A DNA stretch of 64,000 bases from Octopus sinensis (taxonomy: Eukaryota). The notes beneath the pieces are model-generated. The model had not been told where the DNA came from, did not search any database, and saw only the letters and a list, made by a program, of their open reading frames with translations. The stretch covers positions 51,646,001 through 51,710,000 of the forward strand of contig NC_043003.1 in NCBI RefSeq assembly GCF_006345805.1, written 5' to 3'. Positions 26,983-41,283 of the stretch are shown piece by piece (the first letter of the stretch is position 1; every line of letters starts with the position of its first letter). The position numbers and the translations under genes were made by a program.

Positions 26983-27500
26983 TATATATGTCCACTCCTC
27001 TCTGGATTGTGCCTTTCTCATCCATGTGATCCCAATAGTCCCCCTGAAATCGTAACTCCACCGTCGTGGAGGCCTTCCAGGTGGTCGTTTCCGCTCTGCA
27101 GGTACCACTTGACAACTGCACGGGTCCATCGATTATCGGTGAGCTGGGCGACACGTCCAGCCCATCTAAACTTGCTGCGTGTATACTCTACGATGACATC
27201 CCTCATGCTGGACTTCGTTCTGATAATCTCGCTACTGATGTGCTCTCTCAACGAGATACCAAGCATTGACCTCTGCATGGCTCTTTGAGCCATTACCAGT
27301 CTCTGCTCTTCTCTCTTTGTTGTAGCCCATGTTTCCCAACCATATAACATAGCAGGTAGAACTGTACTGTTGAGGTTGGTGTGGGTGGTCCTGTCCAACC
27401 TTACCTTGAGCACATCCCTTATGCCATTAAATGCCTTCCATCCGACCCTTACTCTCTGTGGGATCTCCTTTTCGATATCTCAGTACATATTCACTTCTGT
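26983..27500 (-). mobile_element. 5'-truncated RTE-clade LINE fragment
   Basis: STVLPAMLYGWETWATTKREEQRL..QRAM.RSMLGISLREHI, KFRWAGRVA...DNRWT, and RKRPPGRPPRRW in an adjacent frame, typical of the RTE RT C-terminus. Confidence 0.85.
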
Positions 27501-27642
27501 GTAACTATGTAAATAAAACTGGTTGTGAATTTTCATTTCCACTTGAGTCATCTTTCCTCGCCTGCTGGAGCCTGAAATAACACAAAGAACAATTTTAATG
27601 GGAGAAGGTGATATTCATCCGATATCGTGAACCTTGCCTCCC

Positions 27643-27678
<36 letters not shown>

Positions 27679-30600
27679 TGATAAATAAAAATATATGCAT
27701 ACATACAAACATATATGTACGTACCTACATCTACATGTATATATACATGCATATATAAATAATTGTACGTGAGTACAGGACACCACAACAAGACATAGAA
27801 ACGGGAAAAACAAAAAAACAAAAACAAGAAAACGAAAAACAAAAAACAAGAAAACGAAAAAAACAGTTACAGGACAAGCTACACAAGGAAAAAACCCATA
27901 TATATACATATATATACATATATATATACATATATATATAGGTATCTTTTATTTACCTGTAATCAGTCTTCCTTCATTCAATGTTAGATTTTAGTTATGT
28001 AATCCAGTCTGAACATAAATGTCTGTATCTATTATATACCTTTTTTTTTTTTCACATATTCTTACTCATTGTGTGTGTGTGTGTGTGCATGCATGTATTC
28101 CTTTAGGTTAAATGTAGTGATATTTATTTAAACAAAATTACCACAATGAATTCCCCTTGAGATATATGATAAATTTTATTCATATTATAAGCACAATTAT
28201 TCCTCACCATATACATAGTACACACTGTTGCAAGAGATGTACCAATGAACTTGCTCTTTGAGTGGTTGTTTTGAACATTGGCTGAAGTGATGGTAGTGGT
28301 GGTGGTGGTGGTGGTGGTGATGGTAGTAGTGCTTTTCTTTTTTCTGATAATAGTATCAGAAAAATACTCTATTAGTGACACACCAGGGAGTGGTATTTGC
28401 TGTGATAATAGTGCTATAGAAAATGGCAGGGAGTGGTATTTTCTCCAATGGCAGTGCAATAGGAAATACTGTTGTTGTAGTACAGTATGGAGTTTTGTTT
28501 GCTTTCATTTCACTGTCATAGAAGGTTCTGACTTGACCGATAAAAGCGAATGGGTTCAGTATGAAATGTCTAGCAGCACCATAGTAATTTTGATTTATCA
28601 CAGACTGTAACTAAAGATACTACAGCAATTTGGGGTGGTACAAATAGAAATGTGTCAGCTCCTGCAACTGATTCTTAGAAGACAAGTGTTGGTAAAAAAA
28701 AACCCAAACTTGCTATCTTCAATATGGTTACTGTGTCGGTTACCGTGTCTATCCTCACTTGTGGTAGTTAATGTCCGGTAATGACTGAAAGAGTACAATT
28801 GCAAAAACAAGAAGCCAAAATAAGGTTCTTTCAAGGGACCTCTGGAGTTATGTTATTTGATAGGATGCATAGCTCAAAGATCAGGGAGTCTCTCCAGATC
28901 AAACTGCTACTTCTTAACATTGAGAGGCCACATCTCTAATACAATAGAAATGTGATTAGAATATCACACGAAAGAATCACAAGGCAGATTCTTCAAGCCA
29001 ACCAACTGGCAGGAGACCTTAGAACAAGATGGTTGTATAATGTCCATAATCTCAGCTGGTCACATTTGAAAATCCAACCAGAAAGTGTAATGACAGTTGC
29101 TTCTGCAGGCACTTTACGGAGGAGGTGCCGAAAGACTCAACCCCACCAACCCTCCCAGGGAAAGCAGAGAAGATGGGTGGATGGACAAAGTGAACCTAGG
29201 GACATAACAACAACTTACAGTGTCACAGGTGTATGTGGCTATATCACAGTAATTTGAATGACTAATGACAATGCTACAAATTACTGTAAATCATTGTCAT
29301 TGTCGTCGTCGTTTAACGTCTGTTTTCTGTGCTAGCACGGGTTGGACGGTTTGACCGAGGTCTAGGAAACCAGGAGGCTGCACCAGGCTCCAGTCTGATC
29401 TGGCAGTGTTTCTACAGCTGGATGCCCTTCCTAACGCCAACCACTCTGTGAGTGAAGTGGGTGCTTTTTATGTGCCACCAGCACAGGTGCCAGGGGAGGC
29501 TGGCAGCAGCCACAATCGGTTGGTGCTTTTTACGTGCCACCGGCACAGAAGTCAGTCAAGGTGGCGCTGGCATCGGCCATATTAGGATGGTGCTTTTTAC
29601 GTACCACCGCCACAGGTATAACAACTACAATTTCCATTTGATATTTATTCTGATGTTGATGTACTTGACACAATAGGTCTCCTCAAGCACAGCAGATCAC
29701 TCTACGATCCAAGGTAAGCACAGCAGGTCGTTCTGTAATCCAAGGTACTTTTGATGGGCTGGGGCTATGTGAAATTGGTGCAGGAAACAGCCATGAACTC
29801 ACATTATTTGTGATGTCTTTGCAGTCACAGCATATCTCCAGAGATCTCGCTCTTTTGTCATTGCCTCAGAAAATAATTAGGCTTCATCATTTGTTGTTTA
29901 AGGCATCCTTAAAGGATGCATTCAGATTTCTCTGTCAAATGCAATAATTACTTATTCATATTGTTTTGAATTAATTATGCATTATCTTGTAGCTTCAAGA
30001 TATTAATGATATGATTGTTTAGTTTTAGAATGACATTATAAGGTAGGTGTGAGAATCCAGGTCTGAACATAAAATATGTAGACTATTTGGGCCAGTTATG
30101 GCCGGTTTAAATACCAACGGGTTAAGCTGCTTTGTTGAACTATCTATTATCTTTTATTACCTCCACCTTAGCGTAGGTGGGAGTATTGTTTTTCAGTCAT
30201 ATTTGTTTGTCCGTGGACAAGATATCTCAAGAACCGCTGGATGGATTCACATGAAACTTTCAGAGATATTTGGCCTTGTGACTGGCATGAACTGATTAGA
30301 CTTAGGGATCAATCCAGTATTGTATAAAGATTCTGGATTATTTTCCGTTTTTTTTATACTTAATTTTTGAGAGTGGTTGGGTTCATTTTTAGTATTCTCA
30401 TTTGTGAGAGCACTTGAGTTTATTTCAGACATTCTCAATTTAAAAATCATCTCTGGCTAATCCCTGAGAGGACATTGGTGTTGCTTTGGCAGAAGTTTGC
30501 ACTGAGTGCTCTTATTTGTTTTAGTCCTTAGGTCACAACCTATTTGGGACACAGCCTTGAAAGATTTACTTAAACAAATCAACACCAATACTTATTTTTT

Positions 30601-30999
30601 AAGCCTGGTACTTATTCAATGAATTTCTTTTGCCAAATTGCTAAGTTACAGGAATGTAAATAAATCAATAATTGGGGTGGACAAATTTAAGCACAGACAC
30701 ACACATATACATCAGTCTCTCTTTCTCTCTCTCTCAACATATATGATAGGATTCAACACAGTTTTCAACTACCAAATTCACTTACATGGCATTAGTTGGC
30801 TTGAGGCCAGAGTAGAAGACACTTGCTCAGGTGTGGCACAGTGGCATTGAACCTAAGAGCATTTGGTTGCAAAGTATTCCAACCAAGGTGTCATACTTAA
30901 TGGAAATAAAAACTAGATATCAGCTCTTAGATACTGAATTATAATAATAATCCTTTCTTCTATAGGCATACAGACTGAAATCTGGAGGCAAAGGGTTAG

Positions 31000-31310
31000 T
31001 ATCAAGTCATCCAATAAATTGTGTCTGATTTTACCTTTTTTAAAATTTAATGAAATTTAATAGTATTTTAGAATGTCTAATGGAATTAAAAATTATTTTT
31101 ATGCATTTGTGTACATTTAAATTAATTAAATATTATTTTACAGAATAATAAAATAAAAATTTCTTTGATTAAAACCCTTTCTAACATGGAAGTATCCAAA
31201 GAGCATTTGTGGCACATAATGCTTTATGAGTACAAAAAAGGAAACTCTGCAGCCGAAGTGACTCGAAACATACACTCAGTTTATGGGAAAGAATGCTTGA
31301 ATGAAAGGCG
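31000..31310 (+). mobile_element. 5' fragment of a mariner element
   Basis: MEVSKEHLWHIMLYEYKKGNSAAEVTRNIHSVYGKECLNER (N-terminal HTH region), then truncated. Confidence 0.7.
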
Positions 31311-33255
31311 TAAGAGGCTGAATCTTACCAGTTTGAATGTAAAATAACTGGAATAGCTGAGTCAGATATGGTCAATTTAAACACTAAAGGGTTAATGACC
31401 CTAAGAGCAATGCCAGAGGAGTGCAAGCTCTTGGTAAGGCCTCCCAAGCTGGACAGGTCAAAGGACAGAGGTCAGTCTAATATAAACTACCTTTTCCTAT
31501 AAGTAAAACAAGTTTGTGTAGGGCTAACACCCCTACCTAAAAAAAAAAGACAAATTACAGAAGCAGCGATGGCAATTCAAAACCAACAAGACCGGAGAGA
31601 GGAAGGCCTTCCTTCAGGGTAACATGAGACAGGATACTGAGGCAGAATTGAAAAAGCTGGGATCCAACTAGAAAGAAGCAGAAAAGGCATCCCAGAACTG
31701 AAAGCAGTAGTAATGTGTCATTAATAGCCTGTGCTCCATGAGGAGAGATGGGCTCAAGGAGTATGTGGTAGTGAACTGAACATTTTAACCACACAACCAT
31801 CCAGTCCTAATAATTTCTTATATAAGGTACAAAAAATAATTTTGGTATTTTTTTTTACAGGTTAGAAATTTGTTGACGAAGGAACAGTCGATTATATTGA
31901 CCCCAGTACTTCATTGGTACTCATTTTAATGACCCCTAAAAGGAAGAAAGATAAAATTTGAACTCAGAATGTAAAGAACCAGAGCAAATATAATAAAGCT
32001 TTTTGTCCAACGGACCAATGATTCTACAAATTAGTCATTACGAAGAGTATCAGATAACTTGAAGTTCACAGAAAACCACAAAATACATAATTTCTTTTGA
32101 AATTGTATTTTTTCTGAAGCATTTGATTCATCAAATAGTGTAAAGTTCAAGTAGGTAGTAATATGGCAGTGTTGGGGGAGAATTTCTTTAAAAACAGGTG
32201 TATAACATGATGACCTGCAAATTTATTCTTAATATGTTTTGGCAGGTTTGAATGCGAATATGCTAATCACAATTGTGCTTTGTCACAGAACAACTTCTTT
32301 ATGAAGAATGTGTGTTTACTACACACTTGATTCATAAGCACAAGGGACTCTAGGACACCCTGTGTTGACATTGCTGTGTCTTGATCGCCACTGGCAAGGC
32401 TAATGAATCTGATAAGAGTTCAAAGCTCTTGTTTATAACTACAGCAAACAAATTGTTCATTGAATTCCTTGTTTTATACTCGTCTCCTCTTCTACCTCAT
32501 GAGCTTTAGCCTATTATTTTCATCTTTCCACCAAGAAGTGTACTCACTTTAGAAAGAAGTATATAAAATTGTCCATGAGAAAATTCTAATTTACTTCTCT
32601 ACATTTTTGCGAATATCTCATTAAAATTATTGGAAAATTATTGAAAGAATAACGTAAGGAGATGCAGGCATGGCTCTTTGGCTAGGATGTTCACTTCATA
32701 ACCATGCCATTTTGGGTTTACTTGGTTCAGTCCCACTTTGCAGTATTTTGAGCAAGTGTCTTCTACTGTAACTCCAGACTGACCTATGCCTTGTGAGTTA
32801 ATTTGGTAGATGGAAACTGAATGGAAGTGTGTGTGTGTATATATATATATATTATGCAGGTATATCTAAAAAGGGTCCAAATATTAAGGTTGATTTCACC
32901 ATCATCATCATTGTTTAATATTAGCTCTCTATGCTGGCATGAGTTAGACAGTTATATAGGAGCTGGCCAAGCAAAAGACTGCACCAGATTTCTATGTCTG
33001 TTTACAACTGGATGCCCTTCCCCACACAAACTACCCTGCAGAGTGGACTAAGTGGTTTTTACGTGGCACCAGCACAGGTGGTCACCAAGTAACTTGCAAG
33101 ACAAAGATCCTTTAAGATGGGGGGGGGGCATTAGAAGAGGTGATCTTGTGTCAGAGGATGAAAGGTTAGAGTGTGACAGAGAGACAGAAACAGGTGTCTT
33201 GCTGTAGAGGAGGTACAGTTTGTTTACTGTAGTTATAAACAAGATTTGTTCAACT

Positions 33256-33485
33256 AAAACCTTTTCAATACCAGCCTGGCTGAAACTGCCACTGGCTCTG
33301 TAATACAAATGTATTGTTTTCATAAGTTTTGAATTAAAATCTTCCACCAAACCTTAGTCACAATTTATGTTCCTAACACTAGCTTAATGATAACTAAATC
33401 ATTTCATTAAATTCTTCATTGCATATAAAATTAATTGGAAGAAACACAGGGCATCTCAAAATAAATAAGGTAATGAAAGGGTTAA
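33256..33485. mobile_element. piggyBac-like MITE (TTAA end); related copy in opposite orientation at 52210-52434
   Basis: Ends ...gtaatgaaagggttaa. The copy at 52210-52434 is bounded by ttaa on both sides and shares internal sequence. Confidence 0.5.
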
Positions 33486-34199
33486 GGTGGTGCCCCAACA
33501 TGGCCACAATCCAATGACTGAAACAAGTGAAAGAAAAAAACATGAAAGAATATATAACAAACACTTTGAATAATTTTAACTATCAAAAGGCAGTGTCTGA
33601 TATGCTAATAATTATTATGTCAAGTTGTTGAATAATGACTTCTAAAATTGGTGAAAAGTGAAATGTTTTAAAGAAGGAGTACAGTTAAATAAACTCCAGC
33701 ACTTGGTTTTAAACCAGATGATGGATAAAATCTAATATACACAAGTAGACCACAGTGGGATTTGAACTCAGAATGTAAAGAACTGGAAATGAATACCCCC
33801 AAAACATCCTGTCCAAGGCTCTCATGATTATATCAGTTTTAGACAGGTACTATATTTATCGAACCTGAAAAGGAAAATTCACCTTGAGAGGATTTGAATT
33901 AAGAATGCATGAAGTCACAATAGGTACAAAAAGGCATTGTGTTTGATGATCTGATAAGTGTGTGTGTGTGTGTGAAAATTGACTAGAATAAATCTTGTGA
34001 TGAAGAAAGAATGAAAAATAAGAAGAATGAAAAATCGAGAGAAAGAGAATCTGTAATAAGATGGAGAAAGAATAAAAAGAAAGGTAGAAAAAAAGCAGGA
34101 ATCAGAAGAAGGGGAAGGGTTAAAAAGTAGAGGAAGAAGTCCTTACAATAAATCAACAACAGCACCATGCTCAACTTGATTAAATAGTCTTCACATCAC

Positions 34200-34750
34200 A
34201 CAATACTGTATCTATCAATGAAGGATAGATTTGATAATGTAGTCCTACAAGTAAAGAGAGGAAAGGATGGTGATGATGGGGGTCATTTTTGACTCGAGGT
34301 AAAACATCAACATCAAAGTTATAACATTAGGACTGAGAAGTAAAGATCCTTTGCCAGGGGAGGTTTACTGATCAATGGTTGAGTTTATATTTATAAAGTA
34401 GTTAAGGGTGATGTCAATGGCACTAAAACGCTATAGTGGAGAGAAAAGTCAAGATTTTATTGTGAAACGTATTGGGTACACTGAGTACAGATGAGTTGAG
34501 ATACGAAGAAAGGCATTAAAGCAATCAGCCACAGTATGCTAGAAAGAAAGCTGTGCTGATGCATATGAAGGATGATGTTTGGATCAGGAAAGTTAAGTGA
34601 TCCATGGAGAATGAACATATGGAAGAATAAGAATGCAAAAGATATTGGAAGATATGGTGAAGGCTGATCTTAAGATGCTGGCTTTCATGAAATGACCTGG
34701 GAATGTATCGAGTGGTGAAACAACAAGATGAAGTAGACCGGTCTAAACAT
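34200..34750 (+). mobile_element. Highly decayed RTE-type LINE 3' remnant
   Basis: Residual ..EDMVKADLKML.. type C-terminal motif with many stops. Confidence 0.4.
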
Positions 34751-35779
34751 GGAAAAGCAAATATGACAAAGATGATGATGATGATTTGGGCTTTGTAGAG
34801 TATTCACAGCTGCTTGGAACTCAAAAGAAACTTAAGTCCTTTTTATAGTTAGATGCTTTAAATTAAGGTCCCAAATATTTCTAGGTTCACATTATTGTTT
34901 GCCCCAAATTAGTCCTGACTCAGCCAATCTATTTTCAAAGATGTTCCAGTCAAAGATGTTCCAGTCTATTATATTTAGGACAACATTATCTAATATTCCT
35001 TCCTTTGCTTTAAGACAATAAAGTATAATTTGTAAGAAATTTAGCTGATACCTTTAGCAGTTAATGTGGCTATGTAGGGGCTCCTTCATTTGGTGAGTTC
35101 TAGTAAACATGAGAGGTATGAAGTTGAAGGTTACAGATAGAAAATGATGGGGGAATGGACAATTGTAAGGTTCTGCTACATAGAAATAAATAACATTTAT
35201 AATTTGGTGTTGTTGAACAATATAAAATTGACAGACATGCATCAGAAACAAGGTGAAGGACTTCAATGATAAGGATTTGATCACTAACTCACAAGCACAA
35301 TACCCCTCTCTGCCTCCTCTAGCACTACAGCAATGGGTTCTACTCTTACCCCTGAACTAGCTAGCTGCATATCCTCTCTACCCATCCACACTGTTATTCT
35401 TCTTTTGGTCATCCTTACGATGTCTTACCTTCTAGATCTGTTTCATCCAACCCTTCTACCTCAGAACTGCATCCCCTTTGAAATTCCCACTTCTCCCACG
35501 TAATTTTCTTTTCTAGGTTATAGTCAACTTGAACATCAAGTATCTCAATCTCACCTGTCTGCAAAAACCTTAGAAGGTGACAGACATATCTTCTCCCATG
35601 GCTGTTGTATTTAATAAAAAAAGGTGGGGAGTGGGGTTAGCTGGAATAACTGAATGTGAGACAAGAAAAATATTGAGGTAAACTGTGGAACTTTGGAAGA
35701 TGACAAAATTTAAGAAGTAGAAATTAAGAGATTCAAGAAAAGAGCATGTATAATTACAACATGACCACAGGGGACATTT

Positions 35780-36500
35780 GGGATCATCTATGTATGAGTT
35801 CTAGAGGTGTCATATAAGAAAAGAATTCAACCAAGAAGTTTGTATATCACATTTCCTTAAACACCTTTTCTAATATTAAGTGCAACAGTCTTGGTTCAAT
35901 GTCAAGTCCATTTTGAGAGAGCCAGGTCACCCAGAGACATTGGCCTTTGGGAGATATTGATGTTGGTCACTAAGGAGAAGAGAATCAAAGTGTTAAGAAA
36001 CACTCTTCAATGACAGTTTTCTTTTTCAGCTTTAGAAACATTGAAAGGAGGGAAATGAAGTGAATGTTAGTGCTGAGAGGAGCAAAGAGGGATGAAGGAT
36101 GAAGCTACATACTTCTATGTTTTCAAATAGGTGGTTCTGAGTGAGAGAGAGGCAGAGAGAGATCTAGATGGCATGGTTTCAAATTTAAATAGGAACATGT
36201 GCTAGTTCAAAATCACATAGTTTGAAGGTAAAGGCGTGGAATGCCTTCAGGGTTTGTGGATATAGTAGTGTTGGAAGTGGAGCATATTTTAGATATAACA
36301 ACAGGAGATTGTGGAAAGTAGAACTTTCATATGCACTAAAAAGGTAAGTTGAAAGGATTTGGAGGAGTGAGAATAGAACTGGGATGCAAAGCAGATAGGG
36401 AGAAAATGCAATAAAAGGCATTAGACTATGACCAAAGTAATACTTTGTTAGAAGTTAGACTGTAACAACAGGACAGCAAGTGTAGTAGTAGATGCCTATA
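35780..36500 (-). mobile_element. Highly decayed CR1/L2-like RT remnant
   Basis: Only residual similarity to the LDISKAFD-VWH region on the minus strand, with many stops. Confidence 0.3.
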
Positions 36501-36624
36501 GAGTTTGTTGACATTTTGTTGACAGATAGAACTGGAAAGAGAGAAAGGAAAGAGAAATGAGATACTTGAGCAGTAACAAGATTAAAAATATAAAGAAGAC
36601 ACAAGAAAGTTAGTAAAATTTCAT

Positions 36625-37255
36625 ATAATGATGAGATTCATACAATCATAAAATTTCTTAAATCATAATTTCTCCCAGTATTAAGATTTCTCTCAATCAT
36701 AAGATTTTTTTCCAAATGTAAGATTCCAGACAAATCATATGACTTTATACATCATAAAACTTCATGCAGACAATATAATTTCATGTAATTCTAAGCAAAC
36801 ATAATATTGACTCTATACAATCATAAAATATCTTCCACTAATAACATTTGCCCAATCATAAGAATTCATATAAATCATGTAAATTCATGCAAAGTTTTCA
36901 TGTAGTCATAAAATTTCATGCAAATCTTAAAATTTCATGCAGCCATAAAATTTAATACAAATCATAAATTTTCGTTTAAATAAAAGATTTCCTGTAGTTA
37001 TTTCATTTCATACTTAACCATATTTTATGCAATCATAAGATTTAATGCAATCATAAATTTCTAGGATTTCAAGTGATCATGAAATTTGAAACAAATCATG
37101 AAATGTTACACAAATCATAGGATTTCATGCAGTTATAAGATTTCATACAAATCATAAAGTATCATGCAAATCATAACAATTCATACAACCATAAGATTTC
37201 ATGCAAACATAGGATTTTATAGCTTCATATGATTTCATGCAATTATAAAGTAATT
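36625..37255. repeat. Degenerate minisatellite, unit about 20-22 bp (consensus approx. ATCATAAGATTTCATGCAA)
   Basis: Recurrent atcataa(g/a)atttcat(g/a)caa units across about 630 bp. Confidence 0.75.
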
Positions 37256-38409
37256 TTGTAAAATAATCTTTGATGGAGCAGACACTGATATAAAGTGATC
37301 TACAAATTTCAATCTGTGGAATAATACTGCAGTCATCAGGCATTGAAAACAAAACCAAATTCAAATTTATCCAATTTGATGTTGATAAATATTCTTCTAA
37401 AAGCCATCAATTTTCTATAAGAATGAACTACCCCCTGGTCCAGGAATTAAACTCACAATCTTATAATTATGGACCCAATCCCCAAACCATTAGGCCATAT
37501 GTCTTCACACCCAAGTATGTTATTATTAAAATGCATTCCACTAAGTGACAAGAGTATAACGTGTGTATGTGTGTGAGAAAAAGAAAGATTGAGTGAAAGA
37601 GACAGTGAAACAATCAAGTATTCAATTGTTCTTAGTAGTCAGAGTCAGTTCATAGGCAAAGTTATTTATGAATTATTGCTTCAAGGACTTGTTGCAAATA
37701 ATAGCTATTTAACAGGCAATAACTGTATCACATAGTGTTAGAGTTACTGTGAACAAATATTTAACTGTTGAGCAAATATTTTGAGGATCAATTGTTCTAG
37801 ACTACAGGAGCATGATACCAGTTTAGGTCTTCCATACTTTTAATGGAGTTCACTCTGTTGCAAGTATTCATACCAGAACCCTGCTTCTTTCTTTACCCTC
37901 ATTGTTAGGTTTGACCCCAGATCAGCACTGCATGAAAAGACCTATGATCAAAGATATTCCAGTGGTGATTGAATCATCTTTTATGATAAGTTTATCTACA
38001 GCAACATTATCCAATATATGTGGTTCCTTTTTTATGATGGTAGGGTGTGATCTGAGAGCTATTTGGCTGCTATGCTCTTTCTAATAGGTCAAGCAAATGC
38101 TTAGAAGTTCCCTAATTTGTTTGACCTTGTTCATGTTTTCCCTACTATTTCAGACTTGGAGATGTTCAGTCCAAGCATTGAGCACATGGTCGTCACCAAT
38201 CAGTAAAAGCCTGTAAAATTCATAGACTTCCTCCTCCAAACTATCTTATAAATAAAAATGTATAAATTCTAGTATCTTGCAGAGATTCTGATTCAAGTAC
38301 CAAAGTTTCTATGTGACACATTGTATGTGTCCCACTTGAAATGTGCTTGAGGGGCTCTTTGTACACTACTGAAGTGAAATATTATTTTCATCATGCACTG
38401 AGCTGAGCT

Positions 38410-38745
38410 GAGACCCCCTTTGGTCATGACTGGCCATGGGATTGCACCTAGAAAGTTACCCTCCCAGGTACAAGTCCGGGCAAGGTTGTTTAGGGAAGAC
38501 CAACAGTTGCTCATGCATGCCAGCCTCCCCTCTCCATGACATTAGTGTTATCCAAGGAAAAGGCAAAGGCTGATATAGCTTGGCACCTGTGACGTCGCTA
38601 CTCATTTCTACAGCTGAGTGAACTGGAGCAACGTGAAATAAAGTGTCTTGCTCAAGAACACAACACGCAGCCCGGTCTTGGATTCTAACTCACAACCTCA
38701 CGATTGTAAGCTCGACGCTCTAACCACTGAGCCATGCGCCTTCAC
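38410..38745 (-). mobile_element. Near full-length tRNA-derived SINE; related copies at about 10590-10820 and 11325-11655
   Basis: Minus-strand head gtgaaggcgcatggctcagtggttagagcgtcgagcttacaatcgtgaggttgtgagttagaatcc has pol III A and B boxes, followed by a body shared with the other copies. Confidence 0.75.
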
Positions 38746-41232
38746 TTCCTCATGCACAATGATAGTTAAAATGTTGAATAAATCACACCATAAAAATGAG
38801 GTTAATAGTCTGATGAATCATTACAATTCTAGATGTATAATGTTTTTTTATCTGCAGGGATGGAAAGTGAAGACAGTAATTATATTTGAACAAATCTGAA
38901 TAATTTAATTTTTGGTTCCAGATGTTGTTTAATGAAATAAAGGAATATTGATTTCTCATATGAGCATAAGTCACAAATCTCAGGTCAAGAGAAGAGAAAG
39001 GTATAATCATTTAAATCAACCCCAGGACCTGATTGTTACTTATTTTACCAACTTAAATAAGAATAAAAGAAAAAACATAACTGCAGCAAAATGTAAAAAG
39101 TTGGAACTAAATGCAGCATGGGATTCTGTCAGCCACATTACTGATTCTGCCAATCCAATGTCTCAATAATTTGTTTTGTGAAATATTTTTATCATCAGCA
39201 TCATTGTCTAATATCCACTTTTCCATGCTTGCATGGGTTAGATGGAATTTATTAAGGCGGATTTTACATAGCCAGTTGTCCTTCCTGTCACCAATCCTCA
39301 ACTATTACTGAGCAAGGTAATATTTCCCCATGATCACACACGTTTTTCAAAGAAGACTTCAGAGAAACAAACAATATCGCTTCTATGATGGTGATGTTCA
39401 TTTACAATCACATGATGTCAAGATGTATGCATGCATACATACATACATACATACATACATACATAAAAAAATAAATATATATATGATATAATAAATGAAA
39501 GCAGTCCTATTATAAGGAATTTCATCTGTCTTTTTGAAGAGACTTGTATACATAGATACGAATTGTTTATAAATCAAATAATGTATATCAGTCAAAACAA
39601 ATTGTTGGCTTTATTTGTTTTTTTTTAATTGGTTATGTTATGTGTCATGTTATATTATATTATATTTTATAGTATAATATATTATATAATATGATGTAAT
39701 AAATTGTTAGATTGTCAATTGTTATTTCTCTACTTAATTTTATTATATAAATATATATATGTAACAAGCTTCTTTCAGATTCTTTCTACCAAAGCCACTC
39801 ACAAAACTTTAGCCAGCCCAGAGCTATAGAAGACACTTGGCCAATATGTCATGCAGTGGGATTAAACCCAGAAACAAACGGATGAGAAACAAACTTTTAA
39901 CCACACAGCCAAGCCTGCAGCTGTTATTGATTTAATAACTAAGGTGGGAAAATCCTTCTTCGATCTAACTTATCAACAACTAACACTGTTAATGCAATAG
40001 ATCAACTTTTACAGAAATATTATCAATAAAACAAACACCAAACTTGTACTAGGATTGACAAAACTCCACCTCTACAATAACCTTTGCCCTTGGGTGACTA
40101 GTATAGGTTTAAGGGAGACATAAACAGAAAAAAATGGCCACGAATCACTGCAGTATATCAATTCAGAAATGAGTGATAGAAACATTTTTTTAAAAAAGCT
40201 AAAAAGTGAGTCTATAAATGCTCACACAAACACCAAGAAAAAGCAGCAAGTTCTCCCTCAAACAACATCCACTTTCCATGCTGGTATGGCTTGTATAAAG
40301 TTTAGTGGGGCAGATCTTTTACAATTGGATGTCCTTCTTGTCATCAACCCTTACCTGTTTCTAAGCTAAGTAATATTTCCCAAAGACCAGATATGATTCA
40401 CAGAACATTGGATATGAGTAACATTTATTTACTATAACCACACATTATCAAGCCAAGAAGATGCAAACACTCTCACATTAACACGCACAGTACTCTGGAA
40501 TAGGTCGTTAATTTGATTTCAATGAACTCAGAATCTCCAATGTAATGTCATTGTTCCTGCTCATTGCTAAACATTTATAGAATGTAGGGGTTGACATACC
40601 AGCAGTTGCATTGCCCAACAGGCAGTGAACTATGAATTCACAATGACATTCCATATATCAAGTGTTCAGTTTCGACTTTGCATGACTCATTATTGCAGAT
40701 TCATGAAAGAAACAAGCTACAGGAAAATATACCCCATAAACAATAATAATATTTTCTCATTGTTCATCAATATCTGCAGATGTACAGCTTCAAAATATGT
40801 CTATTCACCATTAACCACAGCATACTGAACCCGCTAAGCAAAGGGTCTTCACCATAAATAAGTCTTCTGGCCAATAAAGAATGTCATTTCCACAAGAATC
40901 AAAGGAGCAGAGGCTCCAGTAGATGAAAAGTGGAGCAAGAAACAACTGTTAGATGATAATAAATAATGGCAGATATGTTTGCAATTGACATCTTGTAATT
41001 GCAGACATATGGTTATGAAGTCTGCTTTTCAACTATATGGTTTCAGATTCAATCCTACTCTGTGGCCTCTTGGGCAATTACCTTCTATTATAGCTCAGGG
41101 TTGACCAAAGTCTTGTGAGTGGATTTAGTAGACAGAAACTGAAAAAAGCCCACCACATATGTGTATGAGTGTATGGGTGTGTGTGTGTGTGTGTGGTTTA
41201 ACATCTGCCTTCCATGCTGGCATGGGTTGGAA

Positions 41233-41283
<51 letters not shown>

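Noticed and set aside
36625-37255. CRISPR-like array
   Set aside because: Eukaryotic context, degenerate contiguous units, no unique spacers and no cas genes.
38660-38745. tRNA gene
   Set aside because: This is the tRNA-like head of a SINE, continuous with a repeated body; the stems are degenerate.
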